A stretch of 64,000 nucleotides of DNA. Source: Anaerolineae bacterium. Its GTDB lineage: Bacteria; Chloroflexota; Anaerolineae; Anaerolineales; UBA4823. The stretch is from assembly GCA_003327455.1 (NCBI GenBank), contig QOQU01000008.1, positions 889 to 64,888 of the forward strand, written 5' to 3'. Of this stretch, positions 10,439 through 20,170 are shown in pieces. Position numbers and translations under genes: made by a program. Each line of letters opens with the position of its first letter. Position 1 is the stretch's first letter. The notes beneath the pieces were generated by a model that saw only the letters and a list, made by a program, of their open reading frames with translations, was not told the DNA's origin and did no database searches.

Positions 10439-11350
10439 ATGGCTGGCGGATATTTCTTAACGATCCTCATCTTCACGGCAATGTATATTTCTCTCGCCCT
10501 GAGCCTGAATATTTTGACCGGATACGCTGGTCAAGTATCCTTGGGGCATGCAGCCTTTCTGGGTATCGGTGCATATACTTCCGCTGTGCTTACTGTGCGT
10601 TATGAGACACCTTTCTGGGTAGCCTTTTTAGCTGCCATACTTCTTACCGGGCTAATCGGTACATTTCTTGGCTTACCCAGCCTGCGTGTGCGACACGATT
10701 TTCTGGTCCTGGCAACCATGGGAATTAATTTTGTGGTTGTTTCAGTCTTTAAGTACGTCGATTTCTTTGGCGGTGCAATGGGACTGGTGAATATCCCGGC
10801 ACCGACATTGTTTGGAATAACCTTCCGGGGTGGAATTCCCTATTTTCTGTTGACCGTCGCTTATGCCTTGTTCACCCTCTTGATCTGCTGGTATCTGTCC
10901 AAAACCTGGAGCGGGCTTGCGTTCCAGACGATCCGCAATGATGAGGATGCCGCAGCTTCACTAGGAGTAAACCCAGCTCGCTATAAAATATATGCCTTTG
11001 GGATCAGTGCAGCCCTGGCTGGTGGTGTCGGCTCATTATATGCCCACTTTCTGGGCAGCGTGTTCCCGGACAATTTTGTCTTTGTAGAATCAATTGGAAT
11101 GTTGTCCATGGTTATTTTTGGGGGTATTGGTACCCTGCGTGGCCCAATCGTCGGAGCGATTCTCTTACGCTTGATTCCGGAATTGCTGCGCTTCATTCAG
11201 GATTATCGCTTTACCTTTTATGGAGCTTTGCTGGTCTTGATGATGCTCTTCCAACCGATGGGACTGCTTGGAAATGAGAGCTGGCTATGGCGGCAGATCA
11301 CCCGCTGGTTCCGAGCTTCTTCTCATGGCGGAAAGGAGACCACCCAATGA
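10439..11350 (+). CDS. HAAT ABC permease (LivM-like)
   Basis: SLNILTGYAGQVSLGHAAF, IRNDEDAAASLG and FGGIGTLRGP motifs. Confidence 0.93.
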   Translation: MAGGYFLTILIFTAMYISLALSLNILTGYAGQVSLGHAAFLGIGAYTSAVLTVRYETPFWVAFLAAILLTGLIGTFLGLPSLRVRHDFLVLATMGINFVVVSVFKYVDFFGGAMGLVNIPAPTLFGITFRGGIPYFLLTVAYALFTLLICWYLSKTWSGLAFQTIRNDEDAAASLGVNPARYKIYAFGISAALAGGVGSLYAHFLGSVFPDNFVFVESIGMLSMVIFGGIGTLRGPIVGAILLRLIPELLRFIQDYRFTFYGALLVLMMLFQPMGLLGNESWLWRQITRWFRASSHGGKETTQ

Positions 11351-12087
11351 CCCAACTCGAAATTCGCTCGGTATCCCATTGGTTTGGTGGCCTGCAAGCT
11401 CTTAAGGATGTAACCTTTGAAACCAGCGATGAAATCCTTGGGCTGATCGGACCGAATGGGGCTGGAAAAACGACTCTGTTCAATGTGATATCAGGCTTTA
11501 TTGTCCCAACCAGAGGTGAGGTGCGTTTTAACGGGAAAGCCATCCATCATCTGCGCGCCGACCAAACCGTTCGTCTCGGGTTAGCCCGCACGTTTCAAAT
11601 CGTTAAGCCCTTTGCGACCCTGACGGTGGAGGAAAACGTGCTGGTTGGGCTGGGAATGCCCTACTACCCAAAGGCGGCTGCGCTGGTACAAATTTACCGT
11701 ACACCGGTCAATTTAGAAAAAGTCGAGCAGATTTTAGACAAAGTTCACCTGACAGACTATCGCTTTGCCCAGGCTGCCAGGCTGCCAATTGGTTTGCAAC
11801 GCCGTTTGGAAATCGCCCGCGCTCTGGCGACCCAGCCCAAAGTTTTACTCCTGGATGAACCAGCCGCCGGCCTGGTTGCCCAGGAAACGGAAGAATTAGC
11901 TGCATTGATTCGGAGTCTTTATACTGAAGGAATGCACATCATATTGATCGAGCACAATATGCGCTTTGCTATGAATTTATGTCAGCGCATTGTTGTCCTT
12001 TCCCAAGGCGAGATCATCGCTCAGGGTAGCCCGGCTGACATTCAAAACAACGAAAAAGTGATTAATGCCTACCTTGGACAGGAGTGA
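11347..12087 (+). CDS. HAAT ABC ATPase (LivG-like)
   Basis: GPNGAGKTT Walker A and LLLDEPAAG. The start is placed at the ATG overlapping the upstream TGA, not at the ORF-track 11287. Confidence 0.93.
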   Translation: MTQLEIRSVSHWFGGLQALKDVTFETSDEILGLIGPNGAGKTTLFNVISGFIVPTRGEVRFNGKAIHHLRADQTVRLGLARTFQIVKPFATLTVEENVLVGLGMPYYPKAAALVQIYRTPVNLEKVEQILDKVHLTDYRFAQAARLPIGLQRRLEIARALATQPKVLLLDEPAAGLVAQETEELAALIRSLYTEGMHIILIEHNMRFAMNLCQRIVVLSQGEIIAQGSPADIQNNEKVINAYLGQE

Positions 12088-12090
12088 AGA

Positions 12091-12792
12091 ATGCTCACCG
12101 TAGAGAATCTGCATGTGCGATATGGTCAAATTGAAGTCCTGCACGGTGTCTCATTGCAGGTAGGCGAAAGGGAGGTCGTTGCAGTCTTAGGCGCCAACGG
12201 GGCAGGGAAAAGTACGCTCATTAAAACCATTATTGGATGGCTCAAACCTGCCCAGGGTGGCTGCAAGCTCAACAATGAGACCATTGATTCTTTACCGACC
12301 TGGGAAAGGGTTAAACGAGGCATCGCCATTGTGCCAGAAAGCGGAAGACTATTCCGCGAGCTTAGTGTGGAGGATAATTTACGCTTAGGCGCGTACCTGT
12401 CTCAGGAACAAGATACCAGAAAGCAAATAGAAGTTGTCTTTAATCTGTTCCCCATCTTAGCCGAGCGACGAAAGCAAATCGCCAAAACCCTGAGTGGCGG
12501 CGAACAACAAATGTTAGCGATAGGTAGGGCAATGATGTCCAATCCACGTCTATTGTTGATCGATGAGGTCTCAATGGGACTGATGCCCATTTTAGTTAAA
12601 CGCGTCTTCCAGGTGATAAAGGAGTTACCGCAACATAATGTCAGCGTCTTACTGGTTGAACAAAATGCTTTTGAAGCACTAAAAATCGTTCATCGCGCCT
12701 ATGTGTTGGAAAACGGACACCTTGTCCTGGAAGGAAAAGCACAGGAATTAGCCGATAATCCCTTAGTAAAAGCTGCCTACTTGGGCGGATAA
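12091..12792 (+). CDS. HAAT ABC ATPase (LivF-like)
   Basis: GANGAGKST, LSGGEQQMLAIGRA and LLVEQN motifs. Confidence 0.94.
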   Translation: MLTVENLHVRYGQIEVLHGVSLQVGEREVVAVLGANGAGKSTLIKTIIGWLKPAQGGCKLNNETIDSLPTWERVKRGIAIVPESGRLFRELSVEDNLRLGAYLSQEQDTRKQIEVVFNLFPILAERRKQIAKTLSGGEQQMLAIGRAMMSNPRLLLIDEVSMGLMPILVKRVFQVIKELPQHNVSVLLVEQNAFEALKIVHRAYVLENGHLVLEGKAQELADNPLVKAAYLGG

Positions 12793-12816
12793 AAATTGTT
12801 CTTGAAAGGAGGCTGG

Positions 12817-14463
12817 ATGAAAAGAGTAGTTCGTGCGCCGCGAGGCACGCAATTAACCTGTAAGTCATGGCTTACTGAAGCTGCCTACCGGATGATCCAA
12901 AACAACCTTGATCCGGAAGTGGCAGAGCGCCCAGAAGATTTGGTGGTCTATGGCGGACGAGGTCAGGCTGCCCGCAACTGGGAGTGCCTTGACGCTATCC
13001 TGGAATCCTTGAAGAATCTTGAGAACGACGAAACCCTGCTGGTCCAATCGGGCAAGCCGGTGGTGATTTTCAAAACTCACCCCGATGCACCGCGCGTACT
13101 GATCGCCAATTCCAATCTGGTACCTCATTGGGCAACTCAAGAACACTTCGACCATCTGGTCGCACAGGGGTTGATGATGTTCGGTCAAATGACAGCCGGA
13201 TCTTGGATTTACATCGGCACGCAAGGCATTCTACAAGGAACCTATGAGACCCTGGCAGCTCTTGCCAATCAACGTGGCTGGCGTTCACTCAAGGGGAAAT
13301 TCGTCTTGACGGCTGGATTGGGCGGTATGGGTGGTGCTCAGCCCTTAGCCATTACCATGAACGAGGGGGTGGGATTAATTGTCGAAGTCGACCCGCAACG
13401 CGCCAGGCGCCGCCTTGAAATCGGCTACGTGGACACGGTAGTCGATACCCTCGAAGAAGCAATGACCATCGTGGAAGAATGTGTTGAAAAGCAAATTCCG
13501 AAATCGGTGGGGTTGATCGGCAATGCTTCCGACATCTATAATGAACTGGTCATCCGCGGCGTCACACCGGATGTTGTCACCGATCAGACACCTGCCCATG
13601 ATGTCTTAATGTATGTGCCCAGCGGTTTGAGTGTCACAGCCGCCGAAGAATTACGGCGGAATGACCCGAAGGAATATGAAAAGCGGTCCATGGAATCCAT
13701 GGCGCGCCACGTCCAGGCAATGCTGGAATTCAAACGCAAGGGCGCCGAGGTTTTTGACTACGGTAATAATCTTCGACAGCGAGCTTACGATTGGGGCGTG
13801 AGCGATGCTTTCGAATTTCCAGGGTTTGTGCCGGCCTACATCCGCCCGCTTTTCTGCCAGGGTAAGGGTCCATTCCGATGGGTCGCCCTGTCTGGGGATC
13901 CCGAAGACATCTATCGCACCGATGAAGCCGTGATGGAACTCTTCCCCGAAGAAGAGCATCTGCACCGTTGGCTAAAAATGGCGCGCGAAAAGGTTCCCTT
14001 CCAGGGTTTGCCAGCACGAATTTGTTGGCTGGGGTACGGGGAGCGCGCCAAAGCCGGCTTGAAATTCAATGAAATGGTCGCGAAAGGGGAGTTGAAGGCT
14101 CCAATCGTGATTGGGCGGGATCACCTGGATGCCGGTTCAGTTGCCTCACCCAACCGCGAGACTGAAGGCATGAAAGACGGCAGCGATGCCATTTCCGATT
14201 GGCCAATCCTGAATGCCCTGATCAACGCCGTTGGCGGAGCAACCTGGGTATCCTTCCACCATGGCGGCGGCGTGGGTATTGGCTTCAGTCAGCACGCCGG
14301 ACAGGTCATCGTGGCAGACGGCACACCTGAAGCAGCCAGGCGTCTCGAGCGCGTGCTGACCACCGATCCAGGAATGGGGGTTGTGCGTCATGCGGATGCC
14401 GGCTATGAACTTGCCATCGAATTTGCTAAAAAGCACGGCATCAAAATGCCGATGTTAAAGTAG
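12817..14463 (+). CDS. hutU: Urocanate hydratase
   Basis: [50 protein letters not shown] and HHGGGVGIG motifs. ATG at 12817 follows AAGGAGG. Confidence 0.98.
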   Translation: MKRVVRAPRGTQLTCKSWLTEAAYRMIQNNLDPEVAERPEDLVVYGGRGQAARNWECLDAILESLKNLENDETLLVQSGKPVVIFKTHPDAPRVLIANSNLVPHWATQEHFDHLVAQGLMMFGQMTAGSWIYIGTQGILQGTYETLAALANQRGWRSLKGKFVLTAGLGGMGGAQPLAITMNEGVGLIVEVDPQRARRRLEIGYVDTVVDTLEEAMTIVEECVEKQIPKSVGLIGNASDIYNELVIRGVTPDVVTDQTPAHDVLMYVPSGLSVTAAEELRRNDPKEYEKRSMESMARHVQAMLEFKRKGAEVFDYGNNLRQRAYDWGVSDAFEFPGFVPAYIRPLFCQGKGPFRWVALSGDPEDIYRTDEAVMELFPEEEHLHRWLKMAREKVPFQGLPARICWLGYGERAKAGLKFNEMVAKGELKAPIVIGRDHLDAGSVASPNRETEGMKDGSDAISDWPILNALINAVGGATWVSFHHGGGVGIGFSQHAGQVIVADGTPEAARRLERVLTTDPGMGVVRHADAGYELAIEFAKKHGIKMPMLK

Positions 14464-14498
14464 CTCAACTCCACTTCAATATTTATTCTCGGACTTAA

Positions 14499-14524
14499 GG
14501 AGGGCAGACGAAACACTGCCCTCC
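14499..14524. terminator. Hairpin after hutU, between convergent genes
   Basis: GGAGGGCAG/CTGCCCTCC stem. Confidence 0.55.
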
Positions 14525-14608
14525 GTTGTTAATCTCATACCCCGCTAAGTTTTCCAATTGTTTGTTTTCATTATATGCAGGATGAAAATTGATGAAAAGT
14601 CCGCCTGT

Positions 14609-15526
14609 TTAACCCCTGCGCCCAACGAAGTCAAGCTGGTGGACAATCAAGCTCAATTGCCTCTGGTCAATTTGATGGAAGCGTTGTTCCAACCAATCAT
14701 GCAATCGAGCAGGGTCGATTTCACTACGCTCCCTTAAGGATTCCTCCATCATCTGGAGCAGAAAGCGCAAAAAAAGGTCTTCTCCGCTCAGATAGTTCCC
14801 TTCAACTGGATGGATGACCCAATCCGAGGCGCCAGCGCGCAGCAATCGTCCGCCAGCTTTACGAAGGGCGCCCAACAGACGCCGCCCACTATACGCACCC
14901 GCCGAAGGTTTGTCCCCTGCCAAACGCTCTTCCATAGTGCGGTGATAGAGTGAGAGAATCTGCTCATCGAAATGGCCTTCCAACGGTGGATCCATCACCG
15001 TAAGCCCATCGAAGTTAATGGTGAAATAGAAGAGACCGCCCTTCTTCAGGCAGCCCAACAGCAGAGGGAGGGTGGTTTCTAAGTTAACTAAATCCAGGAA
15101 AGCGTGGGCAATGACAAGATCAAACTCCGCTGAAGGATTAACTGTAGCCAGCCAGAGATCGACCTCCCGGGCAATAAATTGAATTTGTAGGTCATGAAAG
15201 GCAGCGCGAATCGCTAAACTGCTCTCTTCGTTTTGAACATCGAATCCCGTACGAATTGCCCAATTTCCCAGATAAGAACGCGCTTCAGCCAGAAAAACAG
15301 AAGAGGCATCCAAAGCAAGATAAGAGGCAAAATGAAGAAAATCCCACTCAATCAGGCGTTGAATCATCGTGCCGATACCGGCCCCGATCTCCAAAACCTT
15401 CCACGGTTGTTCACGCACAGCCCGGGGCATAGCAGCAACCAGAGTTTCCCATACGCTGCGATTGAGTGAACGGTCATCAAGCGCCTTTTTTACTCTTAGA
15501 TATTCGATGAATGTCGCATCATCCAA
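14609..15526 (-). CDS. Class I SAM-dependent methyltransferase
   Basis: VLEIGAGIGT motif I and DLVIAHAFLDL. The start is placed at the TTG (15526) overlapping the GT stop, after a GGAGG SD. Confidence 0.8.
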   Translation of the reverse strand: MDDATFIEYLRVKKALDDRSLNRSVWETLVAAMPRAVREQPWKVLEIGAGIGTMIQRLIEWDFLHFASYLALDASSVFLAEARSYLGNWAIRTGFDVQNEESSLAIRAAFHDLQIQFIAREVDLWLATVNPSAEFDLVIAHAFLDLVNLETTLPLLLGCLKKGGLFYFTINFDGLTVMDPPLEGHFDEQILSLYHRTMEERLAGDKPSAGAYSGRRLLGALRKAGGRLLRAGASDWVIHPVEGNYLSGEDLFLRFLLQMMEESLRERSEIDPARLHDWLEQRFHQIDQRQLSLIVHQLDFVGRRG

Positions 15527-16619
15527 GGTCTCGACCCTCCTGCACAAGTCTAACCAAAAAGTTCCGGATTTTCGCTGCGCTTTCAGCCCAGGTAGGATGT
15601 TCGTCAAAACGTTTTCGCGCCGCCATGCCCATCTGTGCCAGGCGCGCTCGATCCTTATGCAGCGCCAATAGATGATTCCGGAGAACAGATACATCGCCAG
15701 GCTCGATGAGAAAGCCTTCCACCCCCTCGGAGATCAACTCGCTCGCCCCACCCTGGCTTGAGCCAATGACGACCAGTCCGTAGCGCATCCCGTCCAGGTA
15801 GGCAATCCCAAACCCTTCATAAGATGAAGTTAAAACAAGGATGTGGGCGCGTCTCAAAAGCTGTTGAAGCGTGTTTTCATCCACTGCGCCCCAAAACTGC
15901 ACTCGCTCAGTCAGCGCGTTTTGGGTTACCCACCGGCGCAATCGCTGCCCATAAGCTGGCTGACGGCTCTCATCCCCAACAATGTCAAGCCGCAAAGGCA
16001 CATCCCGCAATTGACTTAAGGCAGCCAGCAACCAGTGTAGGCCCTTGCGGGGGATGAGATTGCCAAGAAAGAGCAAGTGTAAATCAGCATTTTGCCTTGC
16101 CCGTCTTTCAATTTCGATCTCATTTATATCGCCGGCGAGATGATCTTTGCCAGGGTAGGCAATAACCGCGGGGAGTTTCTCCTTCATAGTAAGAGCCTGC
16201 ACAGAACGCAGGGTAGCCTGACTGTTGCAAATCAATCCGGCAAGGGTGCTCAAGAAAATGCGCTCAATGATCTGATAGAACCACTTGATCAAACTGCCAT
16301 TGGCTTCGTTACAACGCAGGTGATGCACAATGCTGATGATCGGGAAGCTTGTGCGTCGAGACAAGATATGATTCACAATCGCCAAAGACGGATGATTCAA
16401 TTCGTCTTCGATCAGGATATCTAACTTTTGCCTGCCTAGCGTGCGATATACATCGGGAGAAAGATTATCGGTTAAGTGACGGATATAATTCCGCCAGGGA
16501 AGAGAGAGGATCTCTACCTGATCGCCCTGAGCCTGGAGGTACTCCACCACCTTTCGGTCATAGAGATACCCACCGGTTTGCTGGTAGAGATCACCATAGA
16601 TAACCAGACCGATGCGCAT
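15519..16619 (-). CDS. Glycosyltransferase family 4 (GT-B)
   Basis: TGGYLYDR N-terminus, FLGNLIPRKG and SSYEGFGIAYLDGM (ExFG motif). Confidence 0.9.
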   Translation of the reverse strand: MRIGLVIYGDLYQQTGGYLYDRKVVEYLQAQGDQVEILSLPWRNYIRHLTDNLSPDVYRTLGRQKLDILIEDELNHPSLAIVNHILSRRTSFPIISIVHHLRCNEANGSLIKWFYQIIERIFLSTLAGLICNSQATLRSVQALTMKEKLPAVIAYPGKDHLAGDINEIEIERRARQNADLHLLFLGNLIPRKGLHWLLAALSQLRDVPLRLDIVGDESRQPAYGQRLRRWVTQNALTERVQFWGAVDENTLQQLLRRAHILVLTSSYEGFGIAYLDGMRYGLVVIGSSQGGASELISEGVEGFLIEPGDVSVLRNHLLALHKDRARLAQMGMAARKRFDEHPTWAESAAKIRNFLVRLVQEGRDLG

Positions 16620-16627
16620 GAAGGGTA

Positions 16628-17005
16628 TTAAACCTCAAGGGTATAAGAAGCCCAGGCAATCTGGTTTTCCCAGAGTTTGACGGTAATCTGTTTCAAATTC
16701 GGGGTTTGCAGGCGGACACACAGGGCTTCACACAGCAGACGGCAAAAACGTTCTAAGCTGGGGTTTAGTCCTCGAAAGGGAGTTAAATCATTCAGCGTGC
16801 GATCTCGATATTGCGCCACCTGTTCGTTCAGGGCTTGTTCGACGGCAACGATATCTACCAGATAACCGTGTTCATCAAGTTGATCTCCTTGTAAGATTAC
16901 TTCGAGACGATAATGATGGGAGTGCAGTTGATTCTCTGCACCCCAATCGCCACCAATCAAATAATGCTGGGCAATGAAATCCCGTTCGACACCGAGTTGA
17001 AACAT
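16628..17005 (-). CDS. 6-pyruvoyl/6-carboxy-tetrahydropterin synthase-like (QueD/PTPS fold) protein
   Basis: FIAQH, LHSHHY zinc-ligand motif, NPSLE and VKLWE. The usual catalytic Cys is absent. Confidence 0.8.
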   Translation of the reverse strand: MFQLGVERDFIAQHYLIGGDWGAENQLHSHHYRLEVILQGDQLDEHGYLVDIVAVEQALNEQVAQYRDRTLNDLTPFRGLNPSLERFCRLLCEALCVRLQTPNLKQITVKLWENQIAWASYTLEV

Positions 17006-17189
17006 AAAGGTCCTCCGTTTAATCGTGTCAGGATATTTTTCTACAAAGTCAAGCCTATGAGAGCACTCGATAACAAAGCAAATGATAACACAACCTGAAT
17101 TGCAGATAGACTGTCGAACCTTCGCCAGGGTTCTCCAAAACGTATTGCCGAGGAGGAAACCAAACCTGCTCTCCTCCCTGATGAGAAAA

Positions 17190-18050
17190 TCATTTTAGGT
17201 GCTCTTGCGAACGCCAGATGCGAACTGCAGAAATCAACAGGATGACCCCTAAGAAGACCTGTAACAAGGCGCCCGGCGCATAAGGTAACAGCCGACTGCC
17301 CAGATAGGCGCCGAGGATTGAGCCCAGCGCCATCCAAATCACAAAACCGAGTTGTGGTTTTACCTGTGCGAAAACAGCCTGTCGTGAGTAACGCCATAAC
17401 CCCATCAGAATGGTCGGCAGGCTAATCAATAAGCTCAGGCTCCCAGCTAATTTGATTTCGAGACCATAGAAAAGCGCCAGGGTCGGAATCAGCAACTCCC
17501 CGCCAGCAACACCCAATAAGCTGCTGACCAAGCCAATTCCAAACCCGGCGATCAAACCGACAAGAAGACGAGGTACAGGAGTCAAGGCAAGCGGCTGTTG
17601 AGCAAAAAGCCATTCGTGACCGATGAGCAAGACGCCCAGCAATGCCAGTAGTGCCGCAATCACCCCTTTCAAACAGTATGCCGTTGCCTTTCTGGCAATG
17701 TGCGTCCCCGAAAGCGAACCCAACAAAGAACCTGCCAGGAGATTCAACACCACCGCCCAATGAGCCATCCAGAGCGTCACACCCTGGACAGGAAGACGAA
17801 AGAAGATCGAGAAGGTCACGGTTACCAGACTGATCAACAGGTTGACGACCACACTGAGCAGAAGCGAAAGGCGGAACCACCCAACCAGTAAAGGTAAGCG
17901 AAATTCTGCGCCGCCCAAACCGATCAAGCCTCCGAGAATGCCTATCACTGCCCCTGATCCAAAGGCAAACAGAGAGCGGTTGCGCTGACGGGAAATTGCC
18001 TGGCTGCGGATTTTGCCTCCCTGGTTGGGAGAAAAAGCATCGGGTGGCAT
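17190..18050 (-). CDS. Sulfite exporter TauE/SafE-family membrane protein
   Basis: Two repeats, GLIGLGGAEFRLP and SLLGVAGGELLIP; very hydrophobic. The start could be 18068 or 18050. Confidence 0.85.
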   Translation of the reverse strand: MPPDAFSPNQGGKIRSQAISRQRNRSLFAFGSGAVIGILGGLIGLGGAEFRLPLLVGWFRLSLLLSVVVNLLISLVTVTFSIFFRLPVQGVTLWMAHWAVVLNLLAGSLLGSLSGTHIARKATAYCLKGVIAALLALLGVLLIGHEWLFAQQPLALTPVPRLLVGLIAGFGIGLVSSLLGVAGGELLIPTLALFYGLEIKLAGSLSLLISLPTILMGLWRYSRQAVFAQVKPQLGFVIWMALGSILGAYLGSRLLPYAPGALLQVFLGVILLISAVRIWRSQEHLK

Positions 18051-18189
18051 GATCTCGCAGTATAGCACAATTCAGTTTCGATACGCATTTCGATTGGAGA
18101 ATCTTCGAAAGTTAATTGCCCACAAAGGAAGGGTATAATCGCTCCAACGAGTCGTTGATGATCTGGCAAAGCTCCTCAGAGCGAGCAAG

Positions 18190-19773
18190 ATGAACCCACC
18201 AAAGCTGGAAAAGCACAGAATTCACCTCTCCAAAAGTTGGCTGTCGCTGAGCTTCCTCTTTACAATGGCTTTTCTTTATTGTTTTCCGGCGCTGCAGGCG
18301 CCATTTTGGGGCAGCGGCGATGCCTGGTCGAACCTGCTTCCTGTTGTTCACTACCGCCATTCCATTCTTGAGGAACATACTTTACCGGTATATACCGATT
18401 TATGGTATGGCGGGCGATACCAATGGCAAAATCCTTTGTGGAATTTTCTGTACCTGCCGGCTACCCTGCTCTGGCTGGCGTTTCCTCTCGATCTTGGCAC
18501 GCGTTTGGTTTATATCGGGCATTTAGGGTTCACGCTTTGGGCAGCCTATCTGCTAGCCAGTCTGTTTGTCCATTCCGAGATCGGAAGGGTAGCAGTGGCA
18601 ATCCTGTTAACTGCCCCGCTTCTCTCAGCCTTTTTGCCTGCCCATACGGAGAAGATCTTGTCGTGGGGCTGGGTTTTACTGGCGCTCTACTTTTTCTTTC
18701 AACCCAATCGGTCTGCGCTGAGCCGTGGTCTTTTAAGCGGGTTGTGCGTGGGCATTATCCCTCTCACTGGCTCAAACTACTACGCTTTCTATATGCTCAT
18801 GCTCATGGGTAGCCTGTTACTCGCTTATGGAGAGCGGAAAACATGGTTCGGCTTCCTGCTTACCGCTTCGATTGGTTTATTGCACCTGCCCAGTGTCTGG
18901 CATCTGATCGGGCAACCGCGCGGAAACCCCGCTGAACCAATCTCCAGCCTGGGAATCTCCATTGGAGGTATACTCCTCTCTCTGGCTGTTGGAGTGTCTA
19001 TCCCCTTAACATGGGAAAGCTGGGCGCCGATTGGATTGACCAGCATTTATCTTTTTTTCAGGTTCATTGTAAAGAACTTTCGTAGTCAGCAAAGACCGAC
19101 CAGGATTGAGCTGGCTCTCTCGGGCAGTTTGCTAATCTTCGTTCTGTTAGCAACGGCGGTCATCTATCGCGGTCACACGCTGTTGGATACCTTTCGCGTT
19201 CCAATGCGAGCCCTGCCCTTTATAGCTCTCACCATCCTTCTGATTCTACTCATCCAAATCGCCAGGAGCGATCAACATGGCGCTACTTTCTTTTTACTCG
19301 TCGCTGCGCTCCAGGTCAGCCTGACCAGCCTGCTCATCCGTCCAACTGGCAGCCCTTACAGCCCCTACGATCCTCAAGCACAAGCCTTTGCCGACCTTAT
19401 AAAGCAGCACGGGGCTCACCAGGTCTGGTTGCCCTCCGATAACGCGCAGGAAATGTTTTTACATGTCACGCTAAACCGCAATGGAATTGGGCTACCCAAT
19501 GTGTATTACGGGGATATGGGTCAGGAGCCGGCAATTTACGGCGCTCATTGTGGCTATGGTTTTGACCATCTGATAACCAGAATCCCCATTCGCACTCAAA
19601 CCTATCTCCTGAAACCCGACCTGTGGTGGACAACCTCCACGGGAACAATTGCGCGGCAGAATCTGCGCTTTATCAAAAAAACTTCCTTGTATGGACAGTC
19701 ACTCTATATTTATCGGGTGATTTGTGAGCATGGAACAGCTCCCGGGGGCGCGCAAACTTCTTCAGTGAAATAA
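18190..19773 (+). CDS. Polytopic membrane protein, possibly GT-C/YfhO-like
   Basis: About 12 hydrophobic segments and an N-terminal loop LPVYTDLWYGGRYQWQNP reminiscent of GT-C/YfhO loops. The family call is tentative. Confidence 0.5.
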   Translation: MNPPKLEKHRIHLSKSWLSLSFLFTMAFLYCFPALQAPFWGSGDAWSNLLPVVHYRHSILEEHTLPVYTDLWYGGRYQWQNPLWNFLYLPATLLWLAFPLDLGTRLVYIGHLGFTLWAAYLLASLFVHSEIGRVAVAILLTAPLLSAFLPAHTEKILSWGWVLLALYFFFQPNRSALSRGLLSGLCVGIIPLTGSNYYAFYMLMLMGSLLLAYGERKTWFGFLLTASIGLLHLPSVWHLIGQPRGNPAEPISSLGISIGGILLSLAVGVSIPLTWESWAPIGLTSIYLFFRFIVKNFRSQQRPTRIELALSGSLLIFVLLATAVIYRGHTLLDTFRVPMRALPFIALTILLILLIQIARSDQHGATFFLLVAALQVSLTSLLIRPTGSPYSPYDPQAQAFADLIKQHGAHQVWLPSDNAQEMFLHVTLNRNGIGLPNVYYGDMGQEPAIYGAHCGYGFDHLITRIPIRTQTYLLKPDLWWTTSTGTIARQNLRFIKKTSLYGQSLYIYRVICEHGTAPGGAQTSSVK

Positions 19774-19804
19774 ATTTGCGCCGTCCATACCAAAGAAGTG
19801 CCTT

Positions 19805-19851
19805 TGTGATAAGAATAACAAAGATTAATATTGTTTGTGATTAATATCACA
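19805..19851. promoter_or_regulatory. Two tandem TGTGA-N6-T(C/A)ACA operator-like sites (Rex- or CRP/FNR-type)
   Basis: TGTGA-TAAGAA-TAACA (19805-19820) and a perfect TGTGA-TTAATA-TCACA (19836-19851), 31 bp apart. Confidence 0.6.
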
Positions 19852-19942
19852 GGTTTTTGATGACAGAAGTCTATCGTCAAAATTGGTAAAGCGTTGTATC
19901 CTTATACAGGATATGGGATTCAGGAAACTCTCCTGATGCTCA

Positions 19943-20047
19943 TCGCTGTTTCCTCCTTTGGCGAACGCCTCCGCCGGGTCTCCTCCTCACCGCCCCGGCG
20001 GAGGCCGATTTTAAGCGGTACATCCTCCCCACCAGCAGCCTGTACCG
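19943..20047 (+). ncRNA. Candidate small RNA with three UCCUCC-loop hairpins (strand uncertain)
   Basis: Stems at 19943-47/19960-64, 19967-78/19994-20005 and 20016-22/20041-47. Each loop contains TCCTCC. It lies between convergent genes. Confidence 0.4.
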
Positions 20048-20109
20048 GATGGTTGTATAACTCGTCTGACCATGACAACTTAATAGATCAATCTGACCTA
20101 CTGTACACA

Positions 20110-20145
20110 AAAGAAAAGGGGATGTCTGTTGTCCAGACATCCCCT
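20110..20145 (-). terminator. Intrinsic terminator of the hdr/fumarate-reductase-like operon
   Basis: AGGGGATGTCTG/CAGACATCCCCT 12-bp stem followed on the minus strand by TTTCTTTT. Confidence 0.85.
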
Positions 20146-20170
20146 GCGCATCGTCGCAATAGAATGAACT

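Noticed and set aside
14609-15694. ORF-track 56-aa N-terminal extension of the methyltransferase overlapping the GT4 gene by 176 bp
   Set aside because: A TTG at 15526 with a GGAGG SD overlapping the GT stop gives a normal coupled start.
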